From contig JBGSJB010000168.1 in assembly GCA_041742175.1 (NCBI GenBank), forward strand, positions 1 through 57,027: 57,027 nt of DNA, given 5' to 3'. The notes beneath the pieces were generated by a model. It did not search any database, was not told the origin of the DNA, and worked only from the letters and a program-made list of their open reading frames with translations. Within the stretch, counting starts at the first letter, position 1; each line of letters starts with the position of its first letter. The DNA comes from Pirellulaceae bacterium. GTDB taxonomy: Bacteria > Planctomycetota > Planctomycetia > Pirellulales > Pirellulaceae. The translations under genes were made by a program, and so were the position numbers. Of this stretch, positions 27,901 through 35,652 are shown piece after piece.

Positions 27901-30664
27901 CGGACATCGACAGCGCCCGAAACGGTAGTATCGTCAACGCTAAGAAGGACTGCGCAGCGGTCTTTCCAAGGTTCGTTGAAACACTTCGCAAGTAATCAAA
28001 CACGCCGATCTTCGACGGTCGATTTCGTATACTCAGCAATGCTTGGACGATGACTGGCAGCAGCGCGAAGAGCATTGCTAAACTGGTCCACCAGACGGCA
28101 AGAGCCGGCAGGAAAAACCACCCCGCGACGACCGCCAGCAACAGTGTTGGTGCGTTTAAACTGCGTCGCAAATTATCTGCGATCTTCCACCACGAAAGCC
28201 AAGACAGTGGATTGCGTTTCCTGCCACTTGCTGATGGAACATAGGGAAGCAACCACGGTAACAGTTGCCAATCGCCGCGAACCCAGCGATGCGTCCGCCG
28301 CGCGTCCGCTTCGAATCGCGATGGCTGGCCGTCGAAGACTTCGATGTTGCTGACTAGCCCAACACGAGCGTGGCAGCCTTCAACCAAATCGTGACTAAGA
28401 ATGGTGTTTTCAGGAAACGCATCCGCAAGCGCTCGCTCAAATGCGCGAAGATCGTAGATACCTTTACCAGTAAAGCTTCCTTCCCCAAACAGATCTTGAT
28501 AAACATCCGAGGCCGCCGTCACATACGGGTCGACTCCGGGGTTGCTGGAATACAACTTCGAGTACCGTGTCTTGCCTGCGCTCTCCAGTTGAACACTAAC
28601 TCGAGGTTGAAGAATCGTGTAACCCGACTTCACTGTCGCTTTCGCAGATGCACGTTGGTGACGTTTGTGTGATGGTATTCGGTCTAGCAAATGGTCGTCG
28701 GCGAATTGTGGTCGGTTCAGTGGATGCGCGAGCGTTCCAATCAGCTTGCGAGCGGTGTCGTGCGGAAGTTGCGTGTCCGAATCGAGGGTAATAATGAACG
28801 GAATAGAGTCTTCGCTGCGAAACCGATCGAGCGCATGCAAATCACCAACTTGAGTCTCGTAGGTGGTTCCTTTCGATCCGTGCAAAAGTTGGCCGAACTC
28901 CATCAACTTGCCGCGTTTTCGTTCCCAACCCATCCATCTGTTTTCGTTCGCGTTGAATTTTCTTCGCCGATGAAACAGATAGAAAGGATCATGACCTTCC
29001 GCCCGATAACGATCGTTCAGTTGACGTATGCCAGCGACAGCTTGATCGAGTAACGCCGCATCTTTGCTTGTGTGTTCCTCGGAAGCATCGCTAAAATCCG
29101 TCAGCAACGCGAACGATAACGCGCGATCGCTGTTCGATAAAAAGTGACTCTCAATCCGCTGCAGCAGTGAAGCCACTTCGCGTTCATCGCTTAGCATTGC
29201 AGGCACGACGACCATGGTGGGATAGCGGCGCGGCACGCCACTTTTGAAGTCGAATCGCGGAAGGAGCCGCGGCGGGACAACGTTCGTCACAAAGAGATTT
29301 GTCAGGTTCAGCGAAACTTCGCTGATTGGAATCAACCACAGCAATAACACTAACAACGCGACGCTCTGCGGCGCATGTCCGTTCAGAACAAGTGCTAAAC
29401 CGAGCACGCCGAGGGCAGTCAACAAGCCAAGTGTGCCGAAGTAGTAAACATATTGGTGCCCGAGCATCGACCGTCGCAGCGATTTTATGAAAGACGCGCG
29501 ATAGCCGACCTTGCGCTCGAGCGATGAACGTCCCTCGTTTATCAGCCAATAACCGACATGTTGCCGACGTTGACTATCAATGCTGCTTGCAAAGTTCTCG
29601 CGCGCCAACTCAATGACCGCATGGGCGATCGCAATGTCGCTCTTTTTGGTCCGCTTTGCCAGTTCTTCAACCACGTGCCGATATTGATTGCGACTTTCGA
29701 AGTGCATTTCGCTGTACACACCGGCGGGATCGGTGCGGAGCACTTGTTCGGCGCAATTCACGCGTTCAAAGAAATCGATCCAATCGAGACTAGCGATCAA
29801 ACGCATACTTGTGATGACGTTGCCGATTGAAACTTGATTGGCCGCCAATCGATGATGCTCTTGGCGAATGATTTCGGGCAATTGCCAGCCGCTGTCCGCT
29901 AGTCTTCGTTCTAGTAGCGAAAGGGCGTCGCGAAACTCAGGTCCGTGATCGGGCAATTGTTCCAATAGCTGCGTGACAGTAGGAATGCACTGAGGTGTCT
30001 CGCACAACTCAATGTCTAAGCGGCGCTGCGTTCGCCAAGTCTCCAACATCTCGATGGCCGACTGGCGACATGTGTACGTGAGCAACATTTGTGCACACAG
30101 TCGGTGGAGGTTCTCGATCAACACTAGGCGAAGCATAATGGGCACTGCCCATACTTCACCGATTGAGAAGGGTGAGACCGATTGAAACGTTTGTACGCAG
30201 CGCTCGATCAGGTCTGCGTCAATCGCGCTGTCGGTATGCACCACGAGTTCGCGAGCAAGTTCATACACGCGAGGATGACCAGCGGTTGTTTTCGGTAGCT
30301 CTTGATAGTAGCCGCGTGGAAGATCGTCACGTATTTCGCGGAGCTGTTCATCGACGACATAGTAGTTGTCAAGCAACCACTCCGCTTCAGCCGGCAGTTC
30401 CTCACCTGCTCGGGCCGCTTTACTAACTATGCTGTAAGCTTCAACGATGCCGCGCGCGTTCGATTCAAACTGCTGAATGAAACTGGCGCTTTGGTCACTC
30501 GGCTTGTTCGTAACGACTTGGTTTTCGGCAAGCAATCGGAAGTGGGCTTGAAGATGCTCCGCACCAAACGAACCGCCTCGAAATGGAAGCAAATCGTCGA
30601 CTTGCCCCGTTGGCTCAGAAGGCAGTTCAGTAGCTTTTGTCATAGATTTTCGAGTGCTCGCCAT
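21905..30664 (-). CDS. ndvB: Cyclic beta-1,2-glucan synthase (NdvB/ChvB/Cgs: GT84, cyclising domain and GH94 phosphorylase)
   Basis: WLLDNYY, GWERKRGK, ITLDSDT, LSHDLVEG, RWVRGDWQ, SWGGTMFEY, WGISES, YQSGGAFGFRDQLQD, GDWNDG, RENGGQYTH, GGWTWYTGSA. Confidence 0.92.
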   Translation of the reverse strand: MASTRKSMTKATELPSEPTGQVDDLLPFRGGSFGAEHLQAHFRLLAENQVVTNKPSDQSASFIQQFESNARGIVEAYSIVSKAARAGEELPAEAEWLLDNYYVVDEQLREIRDDLPRGYYQELPKTTAGHPRVYELARELVVHTDSAIDADLIERCVQTFQSVSPFSIGEVWAVPIMLRLVLIENLHRLCAQMLLTYTCRQSAIEMLETWRTQRRLDIELCETPQCIPTVTQLLEQLPDHGPEFRDALSLLERRLADSGWQLPEIIRQEHHRLAANQVSIGNVITSMRLIASLDWIDFFERVNCAEQVLRTDPAGVYSEMHFESRNQYRHVVEELAKRTKKSDIAIAHAVIELARENFASSIDSQRRQHVGYWLINEGRSSLERKVGYRASFIKSLRRSMLGHQYVYYFGTLGLLTALGVLGLALVLNGHAPQSVALLVLLLWLIPISEVSLNLTNLFVTNVVPPRLLPRFDFKSGVPRRYPTMVVVPAMLSDEREVASLLQRIESHFLSNSDRALSFALLTDFSDASEEHTSKDAALLDQAVAGIRQLNDRYRAEGHDPFYLFHRRRKFNANENRWMGWERKRGKLMEFGQLLHGSKGTTYETQVGDLHALDRFRSEDSIPFIITLDSDTQLPHDTARKLIGTLAHPLNRPQFADDHLLDRIPSHKRHQRASAKATVKSGYTILQPRVSVQLESAGKTRYSKLYSSNPGVDPYVTAASDVYQDLFGEGSFTGKGIYDLRAFERALADAFPENTILSHDLVEGCHARVGLVSNIEVFDGQPSRFEADARRTHRWVRGDWQLLPWLLPYVPSASGRKRNPLSWLSWWKIADNLRRSLNAPTLLLAVVAGWFFLPALAVWWTSLAMLFALLPVIVQALLSIRNRPSKIGVFDYLRSVSTNLGKTAAQSFLALTILPFRALSMSDAVVRTLWRVCVSRKHLLEWETAAAVEKRIHASTWRSLTDFWILPALAIALALTLPAAALPFAAGLLVLWLIAPAIIALLNRPLPLDRSTLDVDQRERLRLLVSETWSFFEAYVTAADNWLPVDNVQEEPHEKVARRLSPTNEGLFLVSTLIAHDFGFASTCRVLELLERNLESLDRLEKLNGHLFNWYDTETLQPLTPRYVSTVDSGNLVACLLTLHSGILELVDEPFDLDRYRRGVSDSLSLLIQACDAVTSEDPIELKRYAQQLRAASHLVASEYANAQLGWDDWARAIPALRDFVTFLATSSFADSPKRSSNDHYKRLRQKTRLVHERLAGILTEFDELYAWVPHVLQLRRPELESQRATYTSAPSTPEASALQALLRPMSLRELADIAANSKLPNGLSSEGLPSELSQSLTASSQAATTTLRRLTRIAGRVEVMAMKMDFRFLYNSERKLFSIGFNIEEAQLDRSHYDMLCSESRLASYLAIAKGDVEANHWFRLGRHATLAAGQYSLLSWGGTMFEYLMPPLFQRHFEGSILTQSCRTAIAKQAEYGRLHKVPWGISESAYGALAINSDYHYRSFGVPGLGLKRGLAKDLVVSPYSTMMALPIDPAAAFANLQSLIKEGALGHWGFYEALDYTSERVPINKRRLVVRCYMAHHQGMSLLALANVLNNQCIQRRFNSHPMARAAELLLQERVPATIVPFEPQADESELLQTVPEEQQLTSRRLIGFESPSPRTHLLSNGKYSVMLSSVGSGFSRSGGLDVTRWRADTTADNWGQYIYLRDLNTQRVWSATYQPTCVTPDEYEVIFAIDKVDFHRRQGDLETLLEVAVSPENNAEIRQLRIINHGDQTRRIEVTSYAEVSLAKPAADLAHPAFQKLFVETEFIEEDSTLFARRRPRDSQQQAEWALHVLAVTPGAVRNIQHETSRQAFLGRRRSIRSPQYFEGDRDVESSSSTGTTGAVLDPIFSLSCEVEVPPGASITLAYTTAVAENRQQALALADQYHELRNVQRVFELAWAYAQVELRHQHLTPGQVHLYQRLASYLLYPHWSLRGDAERIKQNRLGQSGLWRHGISGDVPIMLAHVNEPEQLAFVRELALAQRFWRERGFVTDLVLINDYPGSYFDALQDQIVNLLREIFHSPDHPSVYLLRGSQLPTDEVALFETVAACVLHGDQGTVIQQIESAQARALALAQTAESFPTGQLPTGQLPIAASIANGSVANAGASSLQTDLEFWNGTGGFANDGREYHIRVRSDQLPPMPWSQVVANKRLGFLVTESGGGFTWFENSRENKLTVWSNDPVCDPPSEVLYLRDTDSGETWLPYTCLPRSSKSSHLNSNVGSDCWAKYAAGSAVFEKQDHTWSQRVQLSVAETDPVKFIRFELTNRSQRSRNVSVSYFADLVLGVTREQSHWYLQSAIDSENHALLFRNPFHPEYSHQVVFIKSLDATSTYTADRADFIGRNGTWEQPAGLREKTLSGRTGVGFDPCAALQVNAALAAGEIRVFTFLLGAGRDETEALDLLNKYQTQAAVDQSIDTALSSWQTTLRQVQVKTPNRALDILVNHWLLYQVLCCRMWGRSAFYQSGGAFGFRDQLQDSMALVYARPELTREHLLLAASRQFIQGDVQHWWHPPLGKGTRTRFSDDLLWLPFATSHYIEVTGDVSVLDEMVSFLESPELREHEIERYEMPRVANESATLYEHCVRAMNRAMQFGEHGLPLMGCGDWNDGMNKVGEGGKGESVWVGWFLLVLIKKFVPVMQQRGDHENLERFQAIAIKLRDAIEKEAWDGAWYRRAYFDDGSPLGSSENDECQIDSLTQSWAVFADANPGRARSAMNEAVNRLVQIDTGLILLFTPPFDKGELDPGYIKGYLPGIRENGGQYTHAATWMVQALAQLGESDQAMRLLDLINPINHALSPAEVLRYQTEPYVVAADVYGVHPHEGRGGWTWYTGSAAWLYRVIVEQQLGLKITGDDATLAPSVPHDWHQFSVKLSEPDRTLDWTR

Positions 30665-31070
30665 TCCATCTTCGAACTATCGTCAAGTTAGAGACTCCGC
30701 ACGTCAGTCTCATATAAGCTGTTGCGGAGTAATAAGCGTTTGCAGATGCTGTCAAAACGCAAGCCTTTGGGAGCGGCGTGATCTTGCTACTTTGGTCGAC
30801 GAGTAAATCGTTCTCCGACGCTTCGCAGGTTCCGACTGTTCTGTCCACCGCTGCAGGCGGCTAACTTGGCATCAACACGTTGTGAAGGAGTTAACACCGA
30901 GCGGACATCCGCGATCATCTCTTCCGTTTGAAGGTGGTGATTCGACTTGATCCGATCATTGGGTTGCAAACTTTTCTGCATATTTCGATCCTTTTAAAGG
31001 AGGTGATAGAGCGTTTCACTTGGATAGTACACACGCTGTCACGCAGAACATCGCGGTATCGAGGCTATAA

Positions 31071-31086
31071 CGCAATTGCTGTACCA
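31071..31086 (-). promoter_or_regulatory. Candidate sigma54 (-24/-12) promoter for the glucan synthase
   Basis: Minus strand TGGTAC-AGCAA-TTGCG matches TGGCAC-N5-TTGC spacing with one mismatch. Confidence 0.45.
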
Positions 31087-31209
31087 AGTTCTTGCTTCGC
31101 TGCGACTTGTCTACGTCGCACGGATATGCAGGCGACGTTACGACCACACTGAACGATCTTCGCTCGCAGGTGTAGACGGGAACACTGTTTGCTATGCTTT
31201 CGAGCCCCT

Positions 31210-33066
31210 ATGAAACAAAAAAATAAAACATTGCAGGAACTGTGGACACTTGGCCAAAGAGCTAAGCAAGTATGGCCTTTTGTCGAACGCGAAGACAAAC
31301 TGTCGCTTGGAGCCGCAACGATTTTGATTGGCATCACAAGCGCCGCTAACACGGCAGTAGCGTTGCTATTAGGCAAGTTAGTCGATCGAGTTGAGATTGG
31401 ATCGCAATCAAACTTAGAGCCGATGGAAATGTATCGAGCGGCTGGTTGGGTGCTGTTCGGTTTAGCAGCAGTCTATATTGCTCGCGAAGCAATTAATTTG
31501 GTTCGTCGTATCATCGTCGATCGCAGTGTGACGCGACTCAACCGCGATATGCAACTCAAAGTGGTTGGCCATGTCATTCGTGGCGACCTATCTTCGCTGG
31601 GAGCCGAGAGAATCGGCACGTTGCATGGCAAGATCTTCCGGAGTGTTGATGGTTTGATACGCTTCGTGCGGCTGATGTTCTTGGACTGTCTGCCTGCCCT
31701 ACTGACTGGGATGTTCGCGTTTATTGCGGCCTTAAGCAAACAGCCTGTGCTGGGCTTTATCATGCTGGGCGTCATTCCACTAGCCGTTTACTTGACACTA
31801 AGACAACTGCATTCGCAAAAAGATGTGCGGCTAAGTCTGATGCGTGATTGCGAAGAACTGGATGGCGCGGTGGTCGAGCAACTCGGTGGCGCAGAGTACA
31901 TTCGCGTTGCGCATACTTACAATCTTGAAATGTGGCGGCTGTTTCAATGCGCGGACAAACGTCGTTCGCGCGAAGGCACCCATCACTTGCATATGTCGCT
32001 GTTCGGCTGCGCAAAAGCGCTCAACGAAGGTCTATTCCACATCTTAGTCTTAGCGCTGGCGACCTATCTTGCCATTCATGGAAAAATCAGCTTCGGGGAT
32101 GTGCTGACATTCTCCGTGCTCTTCGCCAACGTAATGACGCCACTGAACGAGATTCATCGCGTACTGGACGAAGGCCACGAAGCGGGGCTGCGAGTCGGCG
32201 ATCTGCTACATATCCTTAACTCGCCGCTAGATCGCGCATTCGATACGCAGGACTCAAACATCGTCCATTTGGAATCAAGCAAGCCTGCCATCGAAGTTCA
32301 AGACTTGCTGGTCAGTTACCGTACAGCGGATGACCAGCGACGAGTCGTACTGGATCATCTTTCGCTGACCATTTTTCATGGCGAGACGATTGGTATCGCT
32401 GGTAGATCGGGTTCAGGTAAATCGACTTGGATCAAAGTAATGATGCGCTTGCTACATCCTGACCAAGGGCGAATTCTGTTGGGTGGTCAGCCGCTTGAGA
32501 CGGTCAGTCGCGCGGAACTGGCAAGTTTGATCGGCTATGTTGGGCAGAACCCGTTTGTGTTTTCAGGTTCGGTTCGCGACAACATCGCGTACGCAATGCC
32601 CAACGCAAGCGACGATGCGATTCGACACGCCGCTGAGTTGGCCAACATTCACGAAGAGATTGAAGAGATGCCCGGTGGCTACACGGCAGCGGTGACCGAG
32701 CGAGGTCAGAACTTATCCGGAGGCCAACGTCAGCGGCTTGCGATTTCAAGACTCTTTCTCAAAAATTCGCCGATTCTCATTCTTGATGAAGCGACGAGCG
32801 CGCTCGACAACATTAGCGAACGCCACGTTCAGAACGCGCTGGGTATGCGCGTCGAACGGAGCGATCGAACAACCATCTTGATCGCTCACCGGCTCAGCAC
32901 TCTGAAGATTTGCGATCGCATACTCGTCTTTGACGAAGGACAAATTATTGAGCAGGGAACTTACGCTGAGTTGGTCGCTGGCAGAGGGCTTTTCGCTGAG
33001 TTGGTGCAATCTGCGGAAGACGCTGACGAGCACACTCCCGCTGGTAGTGTTGCGTCCAAAGTTTGA
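31210..33066 (+). CDS. ABC exporter, fused permease and ATPase (MsbA/NdvA-like)
   Basis: TM domain; GRSGSGKS, LSGGQRQR, ILILDEATS, IAHRLST. ATG 31210 preferred over TTG 31189. Confidence 0.88.
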   Translation: MKQKNKTLQELWTLGQRAKQVWPFVEREDKLSLGAATILIGITSAANTAVALLLGKLVDRVEIGSQSNLEPMEMYRAAGWVLFGLAAVYIAREAINLVRRIIVDRSVTRLNRDMQLKVVGHVIRGDLSSLGAERIGTLHGKIFRSVDGLIRFVRLMFLDCLPALLTGMFAFIAALSKQPVLGFIMLGVIPLAVYLTLRQLHSQKDVRLSLMRDCEELDGAVVEQLGGAEYIRVAHTYNLEMWRLFQCADKRRSREGTHHLHMSLFGCAKALNEGLFHILVLALATYLAIHGKISFGDVLTFSVLFANVMTPLNEIHRVLDEGHEAGLRVGDLLHILNSPLDRAFDTQDSNIVHLESSKPAIEVQDLLVSYRTADDQRRVVLDHLSLTIFHGETIGIAGRSGSGKSTWIKVMMRLLHPDQGRILLGGQPLETVSRAELASLIGYVGQNPFVFSGSVRDNIAYAMPNASDDAIRHAAELANIHEEIEEMPGGYTAAVTERGQNLSGGQRQRLAISRLFLKNSPILILDEATSALDNISERHVQNALGMRVERSDRTTILIAHRLSTLKICDRILVFDEGQIIEQGTYAELVAGRGLFAELVQSAEDADEHTPAGSVASKV

Positions 33067-33177
33067 ACGAGCATAGGCGGCCAGAAAAGTGCGCGAGTTT
33101 GCGTTACCTGAACTTCTGGCTGCTTGAATGTCAAATTCGGGATTACGGCCAAGTTGTTTTTAGCTAATATTGCGGGC

Positions 33178-34872
33178 ATGAAAACACTTGGCATCGTAAT
33201 TACCTTTCTCGCAAATCCGTCGCGCCGTCGCAATTTCCTTGCGCTCGGCAGGTTACTGGTTGTCTTTGCACTCATGGTTTTCGTCTTTACCGTAGTGTTC
33301 CACCAGTTGATGAAGTTCGAAGGGCAGGAGCACTCCTGGGCGACCGGCGTTTACTGGGTGCTGGTCGTGATGTCGACGCTGGGCTTTGGCGATATTACTT
33401 TTCAGTCTGACGTGGGCCGGATCTTCTCGGTAATCGTGCTGCTTTCTGGATCCGTGTTCATGCTGATCTTGTTGCCCTTTATGTTCATCCAGTTCTTTTA
33501 TGTTCCGTGGCTCGATGCTCAAGCGGCTGCGCGAGCTCCTCGCGAGTTACCATCCACAACTTCGGGACACGTCATTCTTACCGGACTTAGCTCCGTCGAA
33601 CGTTCGCTGATTCGTATGTTGGATCGAGAGAAGTGGCGGTATGTGTTGATCGTTGGCGAGTTGACCGAGGCACTGCGACTGTACGATGAAGGTTTTTCAG
33701 TGATGCTTGGCGATATCGATGATCCGGCCGCTTATGTGAGTGCGCGAGCGGAGAAGGCAGCTCTGGTTTTGGCGGCGCAGCGCGATACAACGAATACCAA
33801 CATCGCATTTACAGTGCGTGAGATTTCAGCCTCGGTGTCGATCGTCGCGATCGCTTCGTTCCAAGCTTCGGTGGACATCTTGGAACTAGCCGGTTGTAAC
33901 CACGTACTACAACTTGGCGACATGCTCGGCCAATCGTTCGCACGGCGAGTGTTCGGAAGGGATGCGCGCAGTTTCGTTGTGGGTGAATTCGGCAGTCTGT
34001 TGATTGCTGAAGCAGCGGCGGCTGGAACACCTATGGTCGGTCGAAGCCTCAAAGAGATTCGACTGACCGATTACGCTCGAGTCAGCGTCATCGGCGTTTG
34101 GAATCGGGGAAAGTTCTCGATCGCCGGGCCCGATACTCGGATTGAATCCAGTGCCGTTCTATTGCTCGCCGGAACGCGCGAGGAACTTGACGAGTACGAT
34201 AGTTTGTTCTGCATCTACCGAACAGCTAATCCGTTTGCGGTGATCCTGGGTGCGGGGAGAGTTGGCAGGGCGACTGGCAACGAACTACTCGCGCGCGGCA
34301 CAGAATATCGAATCGTTGATCGCAATCCCGATCGTATTGGTGATCCCGAGCACTATATCCTGGGTGATGCTGCGGAATTGGAGGTGCTGCAGCGGGCCGG
34401 AATCATGACCTGCTCCTCAGTTGTCATTACGACTCATGATGACGACGTCAATATTTATCTTGCCATCTATTGCCGCCGCTTGCGTCCCGACATTCAGATA
34501 CTTGCCAGGGCCAATCAAGACCGCAACGTCTCCACACTGCATCGCGCAGGCGCTGACTTCGTGATGTCGTACGCTTCCAGCGGCGCTAGCAGTATCTACA
34601 GTATTCTGAAGCGAGGAAACTCCATCCTGCTTGCCGAAGGCCTGGACGTATTCCGCGTCTCCGTTCCTCCATCCTTAGTTGGCAAAACACTTGAAGAGTG
34701 CCGATTGCGCCAGATGACTGGCTGCAACGTTGTCGCCATCGAGCAAGGCGGCGAGTTCAACGCCAAACCTTCGCCCACGTCCGTTTTAACCAAGGATTCT
34801 CAACTAGTGATCGTAGCCGACGTGGAGTCAGAAAGCCGATTCTTCGCCGCATTGAGCAAGGATAGAGGTTAG
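33178..34872 (+). CDS. Potassium channel with tandem TrkA-N/TrkA-C (RCK) domains
   Basis: 2 TMs around the filter STLGFGD; two RCK repeats, the second with GAGRVG. ATG 33178 preferred. Confidence 0.88.
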   Translation: MKTLGIVITFLANPSRRRNFLALGRLLVVFALMVFVFTVVFHQLMKFEGQEHSWATGVYWVLVVMSTLGFGDITFQSDVGRIFSVIVLLSGSVFMLILLPFMFIQFFYVPWLDAQAAARAPRELPSTTSGHVILTGLSSVERSLIRMLDREKWRYVLIVGELTEALRLYDEGFSVMLGDIDDPAAYVSARAEKAALVLAAQRDTTNTNIAFTVREISASVSIVAIASFQASVDILELAGCNHVLQLGDMLGQSFARRVFGRDARSFVVGEFGSLLIAEAAAAGTPMVGRSLKEIRLTDYARVSVIGVWNRGKFSIAGPDTRIESSAVLLLAGTREELDEYDSLFCIYRTANPFAVILGAGRVGRATGNELLARGTEYRIVDRNPDRIGDPEHYILGDAAELEVLQRAGIMTCSSVVITTHDDDVNIYLAIYCRRLRPDIQILARANQDRNVSTLHRAGADFVMSYASSGASSIYSILKRGNSILLAEGLDVFRVSVPPSLVGKTLEECRLRQMTGCNVVAIEQGGEFNAKPSPTSVLTKDSQLVIVADVESESRFFAALSKDRG

Positions 34873-34949
34873 TTGAATTAAGTCAATTCGGTCCGAAGTA
34901 GCGAGTAACGCAAACAATCTCGCGAACCACGTCAACGCTTTGCTTGCTG

Positions 34950-35609
34950 CTAACTCCGCCTCCTTCTTCGAAGGGTGAGCCAGCCAACTCCGGTCCCGAC
35001 AAGCATAAGCAAGCTCGAGGGTTCGGGCACTGCAGTAATCGTCGCTATTCCGGGTAGCGAATTTGTAGCAACATCAAATGCTATCTCGTTGCCGCTTCCA
35101 TCTTGAAATGTGCCACTTATCATATTGATGGAAAACGTTGCACCCGCCGCTAATGAGGGGCTGACGTGCTGAACATCAAGTCTAACGAGTAGCCTTCGGT
35201 CAATTCCAACAGTGACCGTTTCATATGTGGTCACATTCGGGTCGGGGTCACTATCGTCACTATCGTCAGTGTAGTCACCTCCTATGTATTCAGTCGGACC
35301 AATCGCATCTGTTGTGAAGTTCGATGTTGGTCCAAGCTCGAAAAACAAGTATCTATGGTTCTCCAACTCGTTAGTTTCTTGGGTTCCCAAGAACTCAAGA
35401 GATCCAGAGCCTGAAATTGGAACTATTTCGAATTCGTATCCCGCGAACGAGATTTCGTGGGATCCTGCTGTGGCGTAGATTTCGACATCGATCCAACCCA
35501 CGCCTCCAGCGACGATATTGCTTTGCTTAATATCAACCATTAAGTCAGCGCGTGAATGTAAAGGGAAAAGCGATACCAGGATTAAGCAAACTACAGAAGC
35601 ACGTAACAA
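34950..35609 (-). CDS. PEP-CTERM sorted surface protein with putative cohesin-like beta-sandwich
   Basis: TTG start at 35609 after GGAG; signal peptide (SRA-D); VPEPSS, TM, RRRRR tail. Confidence 0.8.
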   Translation of the reverse strand: MLRASVVCLILVSLFPLHSRADLMVDIKQSNIVAGGVGWIDVEIYATAGSHEISFAGYEFEIVPISGSGSLEFLGTQETNELENHRYLFFELGPTSNFTTDAIGPTEYIGGDYTDDSDDSDPDPNVTTYETVTVGIDRRLLVRLDVQHVSPSLAAGATFSINMISGTFQDGSGNEIAFDVATNSLPGIATITAVPEPSSLLMLVGTGVGWLTLRRRRRS

Positions 35610-35652
35610 AATTGAACTCCGCGAATTGCGATAGGTACTAGGGGATGGTGGC

